DNA from: Vulcanimicrobiota bacterium
Lineage (GTDB): Bacteria > Vulcanimicrobiota > Vulcanimicrobiia > Eremiobacterales > Eremiobacteraceae
Assembly (NCBI GenBank): GCA_963812135.1
Contig: CAWETU010000001.1
Location: 1,216,001-1,280,000 of the forward strand
Reading direction: 5' to 3'
DNA length: 64,000 nt
Shown here: positions 18,264-27,835 of the stretch, piece by piece
Layout: every line of letters starts with the position of its first letter
Numbering within the stretch: position 1 is the stretch's first letter
The notes under the pieces: model-generated
Seen by the model: only the letters and a program-made list of their open reading frames with translations
Databases searched by the model: none
Told to the model about the DNA's origin: nothing
Position numbers and translations under genes: made by a program

Positions 18264-19502
18264 GTGACCACTCCGCCTCTTAACATCGGCAACACAGGAT
18301 TCATGCTCATCTGCGCGAGCCTCGTCATGCTCATGACGCCTGGCCTCGCGTTCTTCTACGGCGGTTTGGTGCAGCGCAAGAATGTGCTGACCATCATGAT
18401 GCAGAGCTTCGTGTCGCTCGGCTGGACGACGGTTATCTGGTTCGCCTTCGGGTACTCTGAGAGCTTCGGGCCTGATTGGCATGGCATCGTGGGCGATCCA
18501 ACCCACTATGCATTTCTGAGGGGAATCACCCTGCAGACTATGTTCACCGGCAACAACGCCGGCATTCCGCTTGTCGTGCATGTGGCCTATCAGATGATGT
18601 TTGCGATCATCACCCCGGCCTTGATCACCGGGGCATTCGCGAACCGCGTTACCTTCAAGGCGTATTTCTTATTCCTTACGGCCTGGCTCGTGCTCGTCTA
18701 CTTTCCGTTTGTGCATATGCTTTGGAGTCCCGACGGCATTCTTGCCAAGTGGGGCGCACTCGACTTTGCCGGCGGTATTGTGGTGCACGCCTCCGCTGGA
18801 TTTGCGGCGCTGGCTTCGGTCCTCTACATAGGGCGCCGCCACGTAGTGGACAACAAACCACACAACGTTCCACTGATCGCGCTTGGCACGGGACTGCTTT
18901 GGTTCGGCTGGTATGGATTCAACGCGGGTTCGGAGTTGCAAGTCGACTCCGTGACGGCCTCCGCTTTCCTGAACACCGACATTGCGGCGTCCTTCGCGGC
19001 TATCACGTGGCTATTGGTCGAATGGTTCCGCGGTAGTCAGCCTAAGTTCGTCGGTCTTCTGACCGGCGCGGTGGCGGGACTTGCGACGATCACGCCTGCT
19101 GCAGGTTACGTTTCGCCGACCACGGCGGTAATATTCGGCATTTGCTCGGGATTGATCTGCTACTTCGCCGTTGCGCTGAAAAACCGTCAGGGTTGGGATG
19201 ACGCGCTTGACGTCTGGGGCGTGCACGGAGTGGGCGGCTTCCTTGGCATCGTTCTGTTGGGCGTGTTCGCCTCCAAGGCATGGAATCCGAATGGCGCTGA
19301 CGGGTTGCTTCTCGGCGGCACAGCATTTTTCGCCAAGCAGTTCATAGCCGCGTTGGTCTGCAGCACTTGGGCATTTTGCTTCACGTACGGCATGCTGTGG
19401 TTGATCAATCGTATCACGCCCGCGAAGGTCGATCCCGTCGCCGAGGAGCGCGGTTTAGATGCCGAGCTCCACGGTGAGGAGGCTTACCCGGTAGCCATGT
19501 AG
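18264..19502 (+). CDS. amt: Ammonium transporter
   Basis: LVMLMTPGLAFFYGG, QMMFAIITPALI, DFAGGIVVH, LWFGWYGFNAGS, DDALDVWGVHG; GGAGG RBS then GTG at 18264. Confidence 0.95.
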   Translation: MTTPPLNIGNTGFMLICASLVMLMTPGLAFFYGGLVQRKNVLTIMMQSFVSLGWTTVIWFAFGYSESFGPDWHGIVGDPTHYAFLRGITLQTMFTGNNAGIPLVVHVAYQMMFAIITPALITGAFANRVTFKAYFLFLTAWLVLVYFPFVHMLWSPDGILAKWGALDFAGGIVVHASAGFAALASVLYIGRRHVVDNKPHNVPLIALGTGLLWFGWYGFNAGSELQVDSVTASAFLNTDIAASFAAITWLLVEWFRGSQPKFVGLLTGAVAGLATITPAAGYVSPTTAVIFGICSGLICYFAVALKNRQGWDDALDVWGVHGVGGFLGIVLLGVFASKAWNPNGADGLLLGGTAFFAKQFIAALVCSTWAFCFTYGMLWLINRITPAKVDPVAEERGLDAELHGEEAYPVAM

Positions 19503-19517
19503 GCTGGCGACCGCAAA

Positions 19518-20417
19518 CTAGGTAAAGTCGCGCAAATTGCCTGGAGTCAGACCGGTGGCGCGCCGCACGCAACGAGCCATGTGGCTCTGGTTCGCAAAAC
19601 CGGCCTGAAGGGCCACATCGATCAATGGAAGCTTGCCGTTTAGGAGCAAATCGATCGCATATTCCACGCGGAGCCGGATGACATACTGATGAACCGGCGC
19701 GCCCACGGATCGCTTGAACAGCGCCTTGAAGTGCGAGGGGCTTAGGCTTGCGACTTCAGCGAGTTCGGCCAAGCGGAGGTCATGCGATAGGTGGTCGCGG
19801 ATGTAGTCAACCACACGTTGCAGTCGCCGCTTGGGCAAGCCATTGGGGATGCGCGACTCGACCGGTGCGTGGTGCGACAGCAGGCGCGTCGCCAGCGCCA
19901 ATCCGAGACTATCTGCGTACAGCCGACCGGTAGGCTCGCTCGCTTCCAATTCGGCCTTGATCGCCCAGCCGACGTGCTCGATTTGCGGATCCCTGAACTG
20001 CAGCTGCGGCGGCATCGAAACCCGATCTGGGTTCACATCCATTCCTTCGGCCGCCGTCTGCACGAGCGACGGGCTTAGACGGATGCACACGAAGGAGGTC
20101 GGGCCTTCGTCCTCCCATGCTCCGGAAGAGCCCAGGGGGATGACATCAATGTCACCCGCGATTTGCAAACGACGAGATACGGTCCCGTCGCGACGACATG
20201 TCGTCCGGATAGGCGGTCCTACTTGCATGCCGACCGTGAGTTGTTTCATGCACGGCACTTGGCTCACGCCGCCAGACGTGTCGTAGATGGTCGCTTCGAA
20301 CCCGGTCCAGAAGCGCTCGCGGCTGGTTTGCCGCGGCGAGAATTGCATTTCGCCTTCGTCGAGCGGAGTGTACTGCATTTTTCCGTAGCTCAGCCGAGCC
20401 GAAGATGTGTCTTTCAT
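19518..20417 (-). CDS. AraC family transcriptional regulator (paralogue of 2736..3605)
   Basis: AraC HTH motifs; ERFWTGFEA, GRLYAD.LGLALA, GLPKRRLQ shared with paralogue. Confidence 0.9.
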   Translation of the reverse strand: MKDTSSARLSYGKMQYTPLDEGEMQFSPRQTSRERFWTGFEATIYDTSGGVSQVPCMKQLTVGMQVGPPIRTTCRRDGTVSRRLQIAGDIDVIPLGSSGAWEDEGPTSFVCIRLSPSLVQTAAEGMDVNPDRVSMPPQLQFRDPQIEHVGWAIKAELEASEPTGRLYADSLGLALATRLLSHHAPVESRIPNGLPKRRLQRVVDYIRDHLSHDLRLAELAEVASLSPSHFKALFKRSVGAPVHQYVIRLRVEYAIDLLLNGKLPLIDVALQAGFANQSHMARCVRRATGLTPGNLRDFT

Positions 20418-20555
20418 ATCGATCGCGTTCGCGTTTGGAATCCGTAGCCGCCGTGACGGTGTCTATTTCGGCTTTCGGCACAGCGCGACATTTTCCCATC
20501 CGGCGTGACCTGAACACGTTCTGACTATTTAGAATAGAAATAGACGACGCGATCC

Positions 20556-21239
20556 CTAAATCACATCAACCTCAAATACAGCTAGAGTTGTGAAGAATTC
20601 TTGAGGCGAAAGTGCCCGTTCGCCCGGATTCGGGGCGACAAGGATGCCGAAAGTCGGCATTGGACCGCTATGGGGATATGGATCCCGAACCACGGCTCCG
20701 GCGACTTTCAACGGCTTACCGGCCGCATCAGCGTAGTAATAGACCGCGGTTAGCACCATTGCGTGCGACGGTACTAGGATCAGCAGTGGATTGTCGTTTG
20801 CCAACGCCGCGACGACCCTTGGCAGGTTCCCACTGAGCGATGTGCCGCTCGTCGTCACTGTCGAACCATCAGCACCGCTGGTGTACGTATGGTTAAGGTA
20901 TTTCGGAATGGCTTGCGTCGGAAGAGCCACAGGTATGGCCGCGCCAAAGAGGTCCTTGACGATGTCGTTTTGGGAAACAGTCCCGCCATGGTATGCGATA
21001 ATCATCGCCATCGATGCTGCGTAGCACCAAACTGGAGTTGTTTGAAACCGAAACGCGGGGTTCATCGAAACAGACGTGATTCCAGCGCCACATATTCGGG
21101 CGCCGGGGGATACTGGGTGACATGGAATCGTCGCCGCCAAGGCAGGCGCTCGATTCGTAGACTCAACGATCGCAAACACCAAGCTAAGGTGAAGCACGAT
21201 CAGAAAAACGAACCGTCTATTCACAAGAAAGTAACTCAC
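20556..21239 (-). CDS. Secreted papain-like cysteine protease (C39-like/C70 type)
   Basis: Q...WCYAAS..M, SHAMVL, VRDPYP give Q/C/H/D catalytic pattern; N-terminal hydrophobic segment. Confidence 0.75.
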   Translation of the reverse strand: MSYFLVNRRFVFLIVLHLSLVFAIVESTNRAPALAATIPCHPVSPGARICGAGITSVSMNPAFRFQTTPVWCYAASMAMIIAYHGGTVSQNDIVKDLFGAAIPVALPTQAIPKYLNHTYTSGADGSTVTTSGTSLSGNLPRVVAALANDNPLLILVPSHAMVLTAVYYYADAAGKPLKVAGAVVRDPYPHSGPMPTFGILVAPNPGERALSPQEFFTTLAVFEVDVI

Positions 21240-21375
21240 TATCAGGAATCACCGGCGATAAGCGAGACCGGCACAAGCTGGCGTTCTGTGCGTTGGTTTC
21301 AGGAGCCTGTCTGAATGTTCCGCGGCATCGTCATCGCGTTGTTTATCTTGTTGTTCGCCGTTGCGTCGCATTGTA

Positions 21376-21421
21376 ATGGTGGGCGCGAGAGGTCTCGAAC
21401 CTCTGACCCCTACAGTGTCAA
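21376..21421 (-). repeat. att-like direct repeat: 46-bp duplicate of the tRNA-Val(GAC) 3' half
   Basis: ATGGTGGGCGCGAGAGGTCTCGAACCTCTGACCCCTACAGTGTCAA identical to 24300..24345; identity ends at the edge of the anticodon loop. Confidence 0.95.
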
Positions 21422-21504
21422 AGAGCGAATGAAGTGCCAGCCTGAGAAGTTACGGTGCTTCTGGTGCCAGCCGGTATCAACGAATCGCCGCCCGTACCAG
21501 GTAG

Positions 21505-21525
21505 TTGGTCAGCATTTGGTCAGCA
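21505..21525 (+). repeat. Tandem TTGGTCAGCA x2, putative integrase arm-type sites (left)
   Basis: TTGGTCAGCA-t-TTGGTCAGCA, about 84 bp inside the left att. Confidence 0.7.
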
Positions 21526-21632
21526 ATTTGAAGCGCGGCTGACAAGCCCCCTCGACCCCTTGCTGGCCCTGAAAATGGAACTTGATCGTCGGGTGCGCAG
21601 TTCCAAAATGTTTCAAGAACTTTTCGCCGACT

Positions 21633-24074
21633 TCAGATCTTCAGCGCTTCTTCGATCGCCTGATCTTCTGACCAGGCAGCGCCTTCCGACATCAACTGCT
21701 CGAGGTACTTCTTGCCGAGATGCTCGACCAATGGCTGTTGAATCCAATCGACGCTTTCTTCTGTGAACATGTCTTCGAGCCAGCGCCATGATACCGGGCC
21801 TGCTCGCCCGCAGCCAAGCAACCGAGCCGCGCTTTCGAACTCGCCGCGCTGCATCGCAACGCCGGCGAGCGCTCGAAATGCGACTGAGAGCCCAAAGCCG
21901 ACGAATTCTTGGCGTGCGTGCGTCACTGCGTTGTGGGCGGTAGTCCTCGCCTCAGCCACCTTGTCTGCTCGTACTTCGTAGTACGCTCTGCTGCTTTGGG
22001 CCAACAGCGCCAAGCCCCGATCGCCCATCTCTTCCGCGATGTGTTGTACTTGTTCGATAAACTCTATCGCTCGGCGGGTATCGCCTGTCTGCTGCTCCAA
22101 CGTCGCGCGGTCAATCAACGCGAGCGCATAATTGCGGTTTACGGGAGAATCCTTATGCAACCCAAGTGCCTCATCAGAGAGCTTGCGCGCAGCATTGAGG
22201 TCCCCACGCTTGCGGTTCAGTTGCGCTAGCACTCCAAGCGCAGACGCGGCACGAAAGGGATTCGCGAGCTTGCGCGCTAGCGCGAGATTCTCGGATAAGA
22301 TGGATTCGGCTTCATCGAAACGATTCTTGTAAACGAGAGACTCGCCGTGATATTGCAACGCCCGAAGAAGCAGACGTTCGTCTTGTACGGCGCGTGCTGT
22401 TTGTAGCACTCGTTCGGAGGCGGCGACAGCGTCTTGCGGAGCGGTAAACACGATCATGCGTTGGGTGGCAAGCGCAAGACCAAGGGCAAGCAACGGGTGT
22501 CGCTCCGCGTCTATGAGCAGGAGCGCCGTCTCCGTCCAACGCCGCCCTTCGCGGAAATCCCGATCCATCCAATAGGAGAAAAGGACTTGCGCCATGTCAG
22601 CGCCGACCTTGGGGTCATTGCGTTGTGCGAGGCACCAGTCGAGCGCCGCGCGGATGTTGTCGATCTCCTGATCGATGGCCGCAAGATATACACTTTCAGC
22701 AACGGCAGAAGTGTCGTTAAGCACGCGCTTCACGTACTTGTGGTAGCACTGCGCATGCCGTTGTGCGATCGCGTCGAAGACGCCGGAACGTGCGAGAATT
22801 TCAGCGCCATATTGACGCAGCGACTCCAACAACCGATAGCGCTGCGACTCGCCACTAAACTCTACGACGACGAGCGATTTGTCGACGAGCGACGAGAGGT
22901 AGTCTAGAATCGCGAGCTCGTCGAGCGTTTCGCTTGCGCACACATCGCTCGCGGCCTGGAGCGTCCAACCGCCCTGAAAGATTGACAGGCGGTCGAATAG
23001 CGTTCGCTCGTCTTCGGTCAGCAGTTCGTAGCTCCAATCAATCGTGGCTCGCATCGTCTGCTGGCGCCGCAGGGCCGTACGGTCGCCTCCGGTGAGCAGA
23101 CGGAGGCGCTCTCCTAACCGCTGAGCCAGCTGGCTGGCGCTCAGGATCGTGATGCGCGCGGCCGCCAATTCGATGGCCAACGCGATGCCGTCCAAATGGC
23201 GGCAGATGTCGGCGACGATCGCCGATTTGCTCTCGTCAAACTCAAAGCGCGCATCGGCGGCGCTGGCCCGCGCGACAAACAACGCTACCGCACCGTAACC
23301 CAAGGCCTCTGCCGGGGACAGCGTCGCGTGGTCGGGCGGCACAGCAAGCGAAGGCACGCGATACACATGCTCGCCACTCACGTTGAGCCGTTCGCGGCTT
23401 GTCGCGAGAATCTTTACGTCGGGGCAACCCTTTAGGATGGCGGCTACGAACCGCGACGCTTCAGCCACAACGTGTTCGCAGTTGTCGAGGATCAGCAGCA
23501 GCCGTTTGCTCTTGAGGTACTGACGCAGCTGATCCAACGGCGCCCGCTCTCCTTGGAGTCGGATTTCGAGCGCCGTCGCGATCTCAGGGAGCACGAAGTC
23601 AGCCCCAGTCACGTGCGCGAGATCGACGAACCAGACGCCGTCGTCCAAGTCGTTGAGCAGGTCCGCCCCGGTTTGCAGAGCGAGGCGTGTCTTGCCCACG
23701 CCGCCGGTACCGACGAGCGTGAAGAACCGCGCGTTTGCAAGCTGAGCCTTCACCTCGTCCAGTTCTGCGTCACGTCCGATGAAGGTCGTCTGCTGAATCG
23801 GGAGATTGTTCAGAGGAACATGAGGCTGGCTCGAAGGTGCAGCCCGGGCAAACCCACTCCGAAGAACGGCCGCGGCGAGATCAACCCGCGAATGCACGTC
23901 CAACTTGCTGAAAATCGAGCTGACATGACTTTCGACCGTCCGCTCGCTTAGGTAGAGCACGTCGGCGATCGCACGATTCGACTTCCCGTGAGCGACCAAT
24001 TCAGCAACTTCGCGCTCGCGAGCGGATAGAAGGTTCGTCTGCACTACGTCATTTGGCGTCGTGTCGTTGTCCAT
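21633..24074 (-). CDS. LuxR-HTH + STAND ATPase + TPR transcriptional regulator
   Basis: N-terminal [26 protein letters not shown]...FIGR; Walker [36 protein letters not shown] tail. Confidence 0.92.
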   Translation of the reverse strand: MDNDTTPNDVVQTNLLSAREREVAELVAHGKSNRAIADVLYLSERTVESHVSSIFSKLDVHSRVDLAAAVLRSGFARAAPSSQPHVPLNNLPIQQTTFIGRDAELDEVKAQLANARFFTLVGTGGVGKTRLALQTGADLLNDLDDGVWFVDLAHVTGADFVLPEIATALEIRLQGERAPLDQLRQYLKSKRLLLILDNCEHVVAEASRFVAAILKGCPDVKILATSRERLNVSGEHVYRVPSLAVPPDHATLSPAEALGYGAVALFVARASAADARFEFDESKSAIVADICRHLDGIALAIELAAARITILSASQLAQRLGERLRLLTGGDRTALRRQQTMRATIDWSYELLTEDERTLFDRLSIFQGGWTLQAASDVCASETLDELAILDYLSSLVDKSLVVVEFSGESQRYRLLESLRQYGAEILARSGVFDAIAQRHAQCYHKYVKRVLNDTSAVAESVYLAAIDQEIDNIRAALDWCLAQRNDPKVGADMAQVLFSYWMDRDFREGRRWTETALLLIDAERHPLLALGLALATQRMIVFTAPQDAVAASERVLQTARAVQDERLLLRALQYHGESLVYKNRFDEAESILSENLALARKLANPFRAASALGVLAQLNRKRGDLNAARKLSDEALGLHKDSPVNRNYALALIDRATLEQQTGDTRRAIEFIEQVQHIAEEMGDRGLALLAQSSRAYYEVRADKVAEARTTAHNAVTHARQEFVGFGLSVAFRALAGVAMQRGEFESAARLLGCGRAGPVSWRWLEDMFTEESVDWIQQPLVEHLGKKYLEQLMSEGAAWSEDQAIEEALKI

Positions 24075-24208
24075 AAGAAGGCGATGGTATCGTGACCATC
24101 AGTGAGACAGTAGTTAAGTTGGGATCCGGTCCGAGCTCTGTTCGCCGAGGTTCGCCGCGAACTCTGCCGCCGGCAAGTTTGCCAAGGGCCGACGGATCGC
24201 CGCACCAC

Positions 24209-24228
24209 TTGGTCAGCATTGGTCAGCA
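24209..24228 (+). repeat. Tandem TTGGTCAGCA x2, putative integrase arm-type sites (right)
   Basis: TTGGTCAGCATTGGTCAGCA, about 72 bp inside the right att. Confidence 0.7.
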
Positions 24229-24300
24229 TTTTTGGAGAGTACCACAAGCGCTGAAGCGGTTGAAGAAGCCACAGGGGGCCTGTGGCATCAAGGTTTCCGA

Positions 24301-24375
24301 TGGTGGGCGCGAGAGGTCTCGAACCTCTGACCCCTACAGTGTCAATGTAGTGCTCTACCCCTGAGCTACGCGCCC
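24301..24375 (-). tRNA. tRNA-Val(GAC)
   Basis: GGGCGCGTAGCTCAGGGGTAGAGCACTACA-TTGACAC-TGTAGGGGTCAGAGGTTCGAGACCTCTCGCGCCCACCA; cloverleaf, encoded CCA. Confidence 0.97.
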
Positions 24376-24477
24376 GAGACACGTGCTTTTCTCGCCTACC
24401 GACAAACCGCCCTCCGCGCAACGCCATCTGCTGTGTCGGAAAGGGAGCTCTCACCATGAGGCGCTAACAGGGCTGTC

Positions 24478-25047
24478 TTGGGACTCGTGATATCCGCGGA
24501 ATACTTAACCGCGGCCGCTTCCATTGGAACGTTCATCGTGATCGCCGCAACGGCGATCGCCGCAATCGTGCAGTTGCGTCACATGCGCGCTAACAATCAA
24601 TTGACCGGCTTGCTCAACGTGCTGGCGCGCATTGAAGATCCAACCTTCAACGAATGGGCCGACATGGCACGAGAACAAATCGCCGAAAAGCTATCGGATC
24701 CGACGTATCGGCGTGCGCTCGAAGATGGGTCGTTCCCCCGTCGGAACAACGCCTGGCTCAATCTGTGTAATTCCTACGAGTGGGTCGGCAGTCTCATCAA
24801 ACACGACCTGATCCCGGAGGAACCATTCATGGATGTCTACTCCGCGCGGGTCTTGTCCACGTGGGCCGTGATCGAGGAAGTCGTCGCGATCAGGCGACGC
24901 AGCGGTGACTCGTCGTCATGGGAGAACTTCGAATACCTCGTCGTTCGTGCGCGAGAATGGGAACGTCAGTTTCCCAACGGCTCGTATCCCAAGTCGTCGC
25001 CGCGTTTGCAGCTCAAGGACAAGTGGCTGCCGCACGATCGCAAATAG
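24478..25047 (+). CDS. Membrane-anchored hypothetical protein (DUF4760-like); start uncertain
   Basis: N-terminal TM ending AIVQLRH; N.YE.VG.LIK...I and WENFEYL motifs. Confidence 0.7.
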   Translation: MGLVISAEYLTAAASIGTFIVIAATAIAAIVQLRHMRANNQLTGLLNVLARIEDPTFNEWADMAREQIAEKLSDPTYRRALEDGSFPRRNNAWLNLCNSYEWVGSLIKHDLIPEEPFMDVYSARVLSTWAVIEEVVAIRRRSGDSSSWENFEYLVVRAREWERQFPNGSYPKSSPRLQLKDKWLPHDRK

Positions 25048-25052
25048 ACGGC

Positions 25053-25634
25053 TCAATCCGAAGCGCTGCTAAGGACCTTCGACACGAATGCCGCGCGTGA
25101 CGGCGCACGCGCCTTCGTCAGCACGCGCTTGATGTGGCTCTCCACAGTATTCTGGCTGACCTGCAAGCGTTCAGCGATCGCCCGATTCCCCAAGCCGTCG
25201 AGAACGAGCTCAGCAACCTCAGATTCGCGGTGCGTCAGTCGATAGGCGGCGAGACTGTGCCGCGGGCGGCGACGGGCGATCGGTTCAAAAGAGATCAGCA
25301 AATAATCGCCGGCCTCGCTCTGCATAAGCTCGCCGCGGCAACACAGATCCGGGGTCACCGCTGAAACGGGCGGCTCCCCCGAGGCGAGCGCTTTGCGTAG
25401 CGCGCGCACATGCCGGCGAAAAATCTCGGGGATGACGGCGAAATCATCAGCGCGTCCAGCTAGCCCGAACTGTTCCCGCATCAGCTCGACCGCGCGCGAG
25501 CTCGCCATCGCAAGGGCGTCATCCGGCGCGATCAACGCCACCTGGAACGCTTGGCGATGCTTCGCGGCCGCAAGCGAGTCCGATCCGTCAAACTCCGAGA
25601 TCTCGACCAGGTCGACAGGCGCGTGCTCGGACAT
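25053..25634 (-). CDS. LuxR C-terminal HTH regulator
   Basis: LTHRESEVAELVLDGLGNRAIAERLQVSQNTVESHIKRVLTK. Confidence 0.8.
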   Translation of the reverse strand: MSEHAPVDLVEISEFDGSDSLAAAKHRQAFQVALIAPDDALAMASSRAVELMREQFGLAGRADDFAVIPEIFRRHVRALRKALASGEPPVSAVTPDLCCRGELMQSEAGDYLLISFEPIARRRPRHSLAAYRLTHRESEVAELVLDGLGNRAIAERLQVSQNTVESHIKRVLTKARAPSRAAFVSKVLSSASD

Positions 25635-25715
25635 CTCACTAACTCTTGTACCCAGCGGCCTGCGTCCGGGAACGCCCACGAAGGTCCTTTCGGCCTCGGA
25701 TTGAAGCGGCAATGC

Positions 25716-26324
25716 ATGCGAGCCTTACGCCCCGCATCGGAGTTCACGTTGAGCGAGCTGCGCAAATTGCGTAGCTTGCGCACGCCCGCCGGCGTCCAGA
25801 AGTTCATCAATCAGATGACCTATCATGACGCCGACACGGCCTGGTCGCCGCGGCGCGTGCTGCGCGAGCGCACGGCGCACTGCCTCGAAGGCGCCATCTT
25901 CGCGGCCGCGGCATTGCGCGTGATCGGCTTTCCGCCGCTCGTCCTCGACCTCGAGGCCGAGCACGACACCGACCATGTCATCGCGCCGTTCAAGATCGGT
26001 TCGGCGTGGGGCGCGGTCGCGGCGTCGAACTTCACCGGCGTCAGAGGCCGCGAGCCGGTCTACCGCACGCTACGCGAACTCGCCATGAGCTACTTCAACG
26101 ACTATTTCAATCTGATGGGTGAGCGGTCGCTGCGGCGCTATTCGCGCCCGGTCAACCTCGCGCGGTTCGACAATCTCCATTGGATGACCACTGAGAAATC
26201 GGTCTGGTTCATCGCCGAGCGGCTGGTCGACGTGCCGCACATCAAACTGCTGACGCCGCCGATGATCAAGCGGCTGACGAGGGTGGACAAGCGCGGCGTC
26301 GGCGCCGGCATCTTCGGGCGCTGA
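25716..26324 (+). CDS. Conserved hypothetical protein, transglutaminase-like Cys/His fold
   Basis: SPRRVL....AHCLEGA.FAAA, D.DHVIA, WGAVA.SNF, REPVYRTLREL. Confidence 0.75.
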   Translation: MRALRPASEFTLSELRKLRSLRTPAGVQKFINQMTYHDADTAWSPRRVLRERTAHCLEGAIFAAAALRVIGFPPLVLDLEAEHDTDHVIAPFKIGSAWGAVAASNFTGVRGREPVYRTLRELAMSYFNDYFNLMGERSLRRYSRPVNLARFDNLHWMTTEKSVWFIAERLVDVPHIKLLTPPMIKRLTRVDKRGVGAGIFGR

Positions 26325-26367
26325 CCCGCAAAGAGGACCGTGCTCGAGCGACGGGCTAACACAAGGC

Positions 26368-27129
26368 ATGGCTGAAAACGGCACACCGCTGTTGTCGACC
26401 CGTGGTCTGGTCAAAGAGTTCGCGGGCTTTCGAGCGGTCGACGGCGTCGATCTGCGCGTGCCCGAAGGCCAGACACTGGCCATCATCGGCCCCAACGGCG
26501 CCGGCAAGACGACGCTTTTCAATCTACTCTCGGGCTTCATGCTGCCCACCGCCGGCCACATCGAGTTCCGCGGCCAGGATATCACCAAGCTCGATGCGGC
26601 GAGCGTCGCGCGACTCGGCATCGTGCGCAGCTTCCAGATCAGCAGCATCTTCGCGCATCTGACCGTGCGCGACAACGTCAAGGTGGCGCTGCTCGCCAAA
26701 CACCCCGCCGCTCAACGCTTCTGGGTCCCGGGCTCGACGATCGACGAACTCGATGCACCCGCTGATGCGCTGCTCGCACAGCTGCGCCTCACGGACGAAG
26801 CTTCGCGGCTCGCCGCCGTGCTGCCGTACGGCAAGAAACGCGCGCTCGAACTCGCGATCACGCTCGCGCTCGACCCCGTGCTGCTGCTCTTGGACGAACC
26901 GACGAGCGGGCTCGGCACTGAAGACGTCGACCCGATCATCGAGCTGGTCATCGGCGCATCGCGCGGACGGACCGTGGTGCTGGTCGAGCACAACATGAAC
27001 GTCGTCGAACGACTCGCGCAACGCGTCGTCGTCCTCCAGTACGGCAAGATCATCTGCGAAGGCCCGTATGCGACCGTCCACGAGGAGCCGCGCGTGGTGG
27101 AGGCTTACCTCGGTGGCATCGATGCTTGA
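26368..27129 (+). CDS. livG: Branched-chain amino acid-type ABC transporter ATP-binding protein
   Basis: GPNGAGKTT, LPYG, LLLDEP, EHNM, VVEAYLG. Confidence 0.9.
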   Translation: MAENGTPLLSTRGLVKEFAGFRAVDGVDLRVPEGQTLAIIGPNGAGKTTLFNLLSGFMLPTAGHIEFRGQDITKLDAASVARLGIVRSFQISSIFAHLTVRDNVKVALLAKHPAAQRFWVPGSTIDELDAPADALLAQLRLTDEASRLAAVLPYGKKRALELAITLALDPVLLLLDEPTSGLGTEDVDPIIELVIGASRGRTVVLVEHNMNVVERLAQRVVVLQYGKIICEGPYATVHEEPRVVEAYLGGIDA

Positions 27130-27814
27130 GATCCGCGATCTCAACGCGTGGTACGACGAGAGCCATGTGCTTCACGGCGTGAGCCTCTCGGTGAAGCGCG
27201 GCGAAGTCGTGACGCTGGTCGGGCGCAACGGTGCCGGCAAGACGACCACGCTGAAGTCGATCATCGGGATCATCAATAAGAAGAAGGGCGAGATCGAGTT
27301 CGACGGCTCCCCGATCCAAGGCATGCAATCGCACCGGATCGCCCGGCGAGGCATCGCGCTGGTACCCGAGGATCGCGGGATCTACGCCCAGCTCTCGGTC
27401 CTGGAGAACCTCATGATGCCGCCGGTCGTGCGGCCCACTACTTGGACGGTCGAGCGTGTCTTCACCCTGTTCCCGCGGTTGCGCGAGCGCCAGCGCGCTC
27501 CCGGCACCACGCTCTCCGGCGGGGAACAACAGATGTTGGCCATCGCCCGCGCCCTGCGGACCGGAGCGCAGCTCTTGCTGCTCGATGAGCCGACCGAGGG
27601 CTTGGCGCCCTCCATCGTAAAGGCCATTCGCGACCTGATTCTCGAAATCAAGCGCGACGGGATCACCGTGCTCCTGGTGTCGCAAAACGTGCGTTTCGCT
27701 ACCAAGGTCTCGGATCGTCATTACTTGATGGTCAATGGGAAGATCGTGGAGTCGCTCGCGAACGCGCAGGTCATCGACCGGGAGCATGAGCTCTTGGACT
27801 ACCTCGGCGTCTGA
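27122..27814 (+). CDS. livF: Branched-chain amino acid-type ABC transporter ATP-binding protein
   Basis: GRNGAGKTT, LSGGEQQMLAIARAL, DEPTEGLAP; overlaps livG stop. Confidence 0.9.
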   Translation: MLEIRDLNAWYDESHVLHGVSLSVKRGEVVTLVGRNGAGKTTTLKSIIGIINKKKGEIEFDGSPIQGMQSHRIARRGIALVPEDRGIYAQLSVLENLMMPPVVRPTTWTVERVFTLFPRLRERQRAPGTTLSGGEQQMLAIARALRTGAQLLLLDEPTEGLAPSIVKAIRDLILEIKRDGITVLLVSQNVRFATKVSDRHYLMVNGKIVESLANAQVIDREHELLDYLGV

Positions 27815-27835
27815 TATGATGGGGATTGAAACGAG

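Larger units (their letters stand above)
21376..24345. mobile_element. tRNA-Val(GAC)-integrated mini genomic island with no integrase and one cargo gene
   Basis: 46-bp direct repeats; tandem TTGGTCAGCA pairs inside both ends; only long CDS is a LuxR-STAND regulator. Confidence 0.8.

Noticed and set aside
21315..21766. Short ORFs across the att copy, or a third tRNA gene
   Set aside because: No recognisable protein features; the tRNA copy lacks the 5' half
24441..24467. Minigene ATG-AGG-CGC-TAA behind an AAGGGAG RBS
   Set aside because: Could be a uORF, but a single extra A would equally make it the true start of 24478..25047; not resolvable given apparent indel errors
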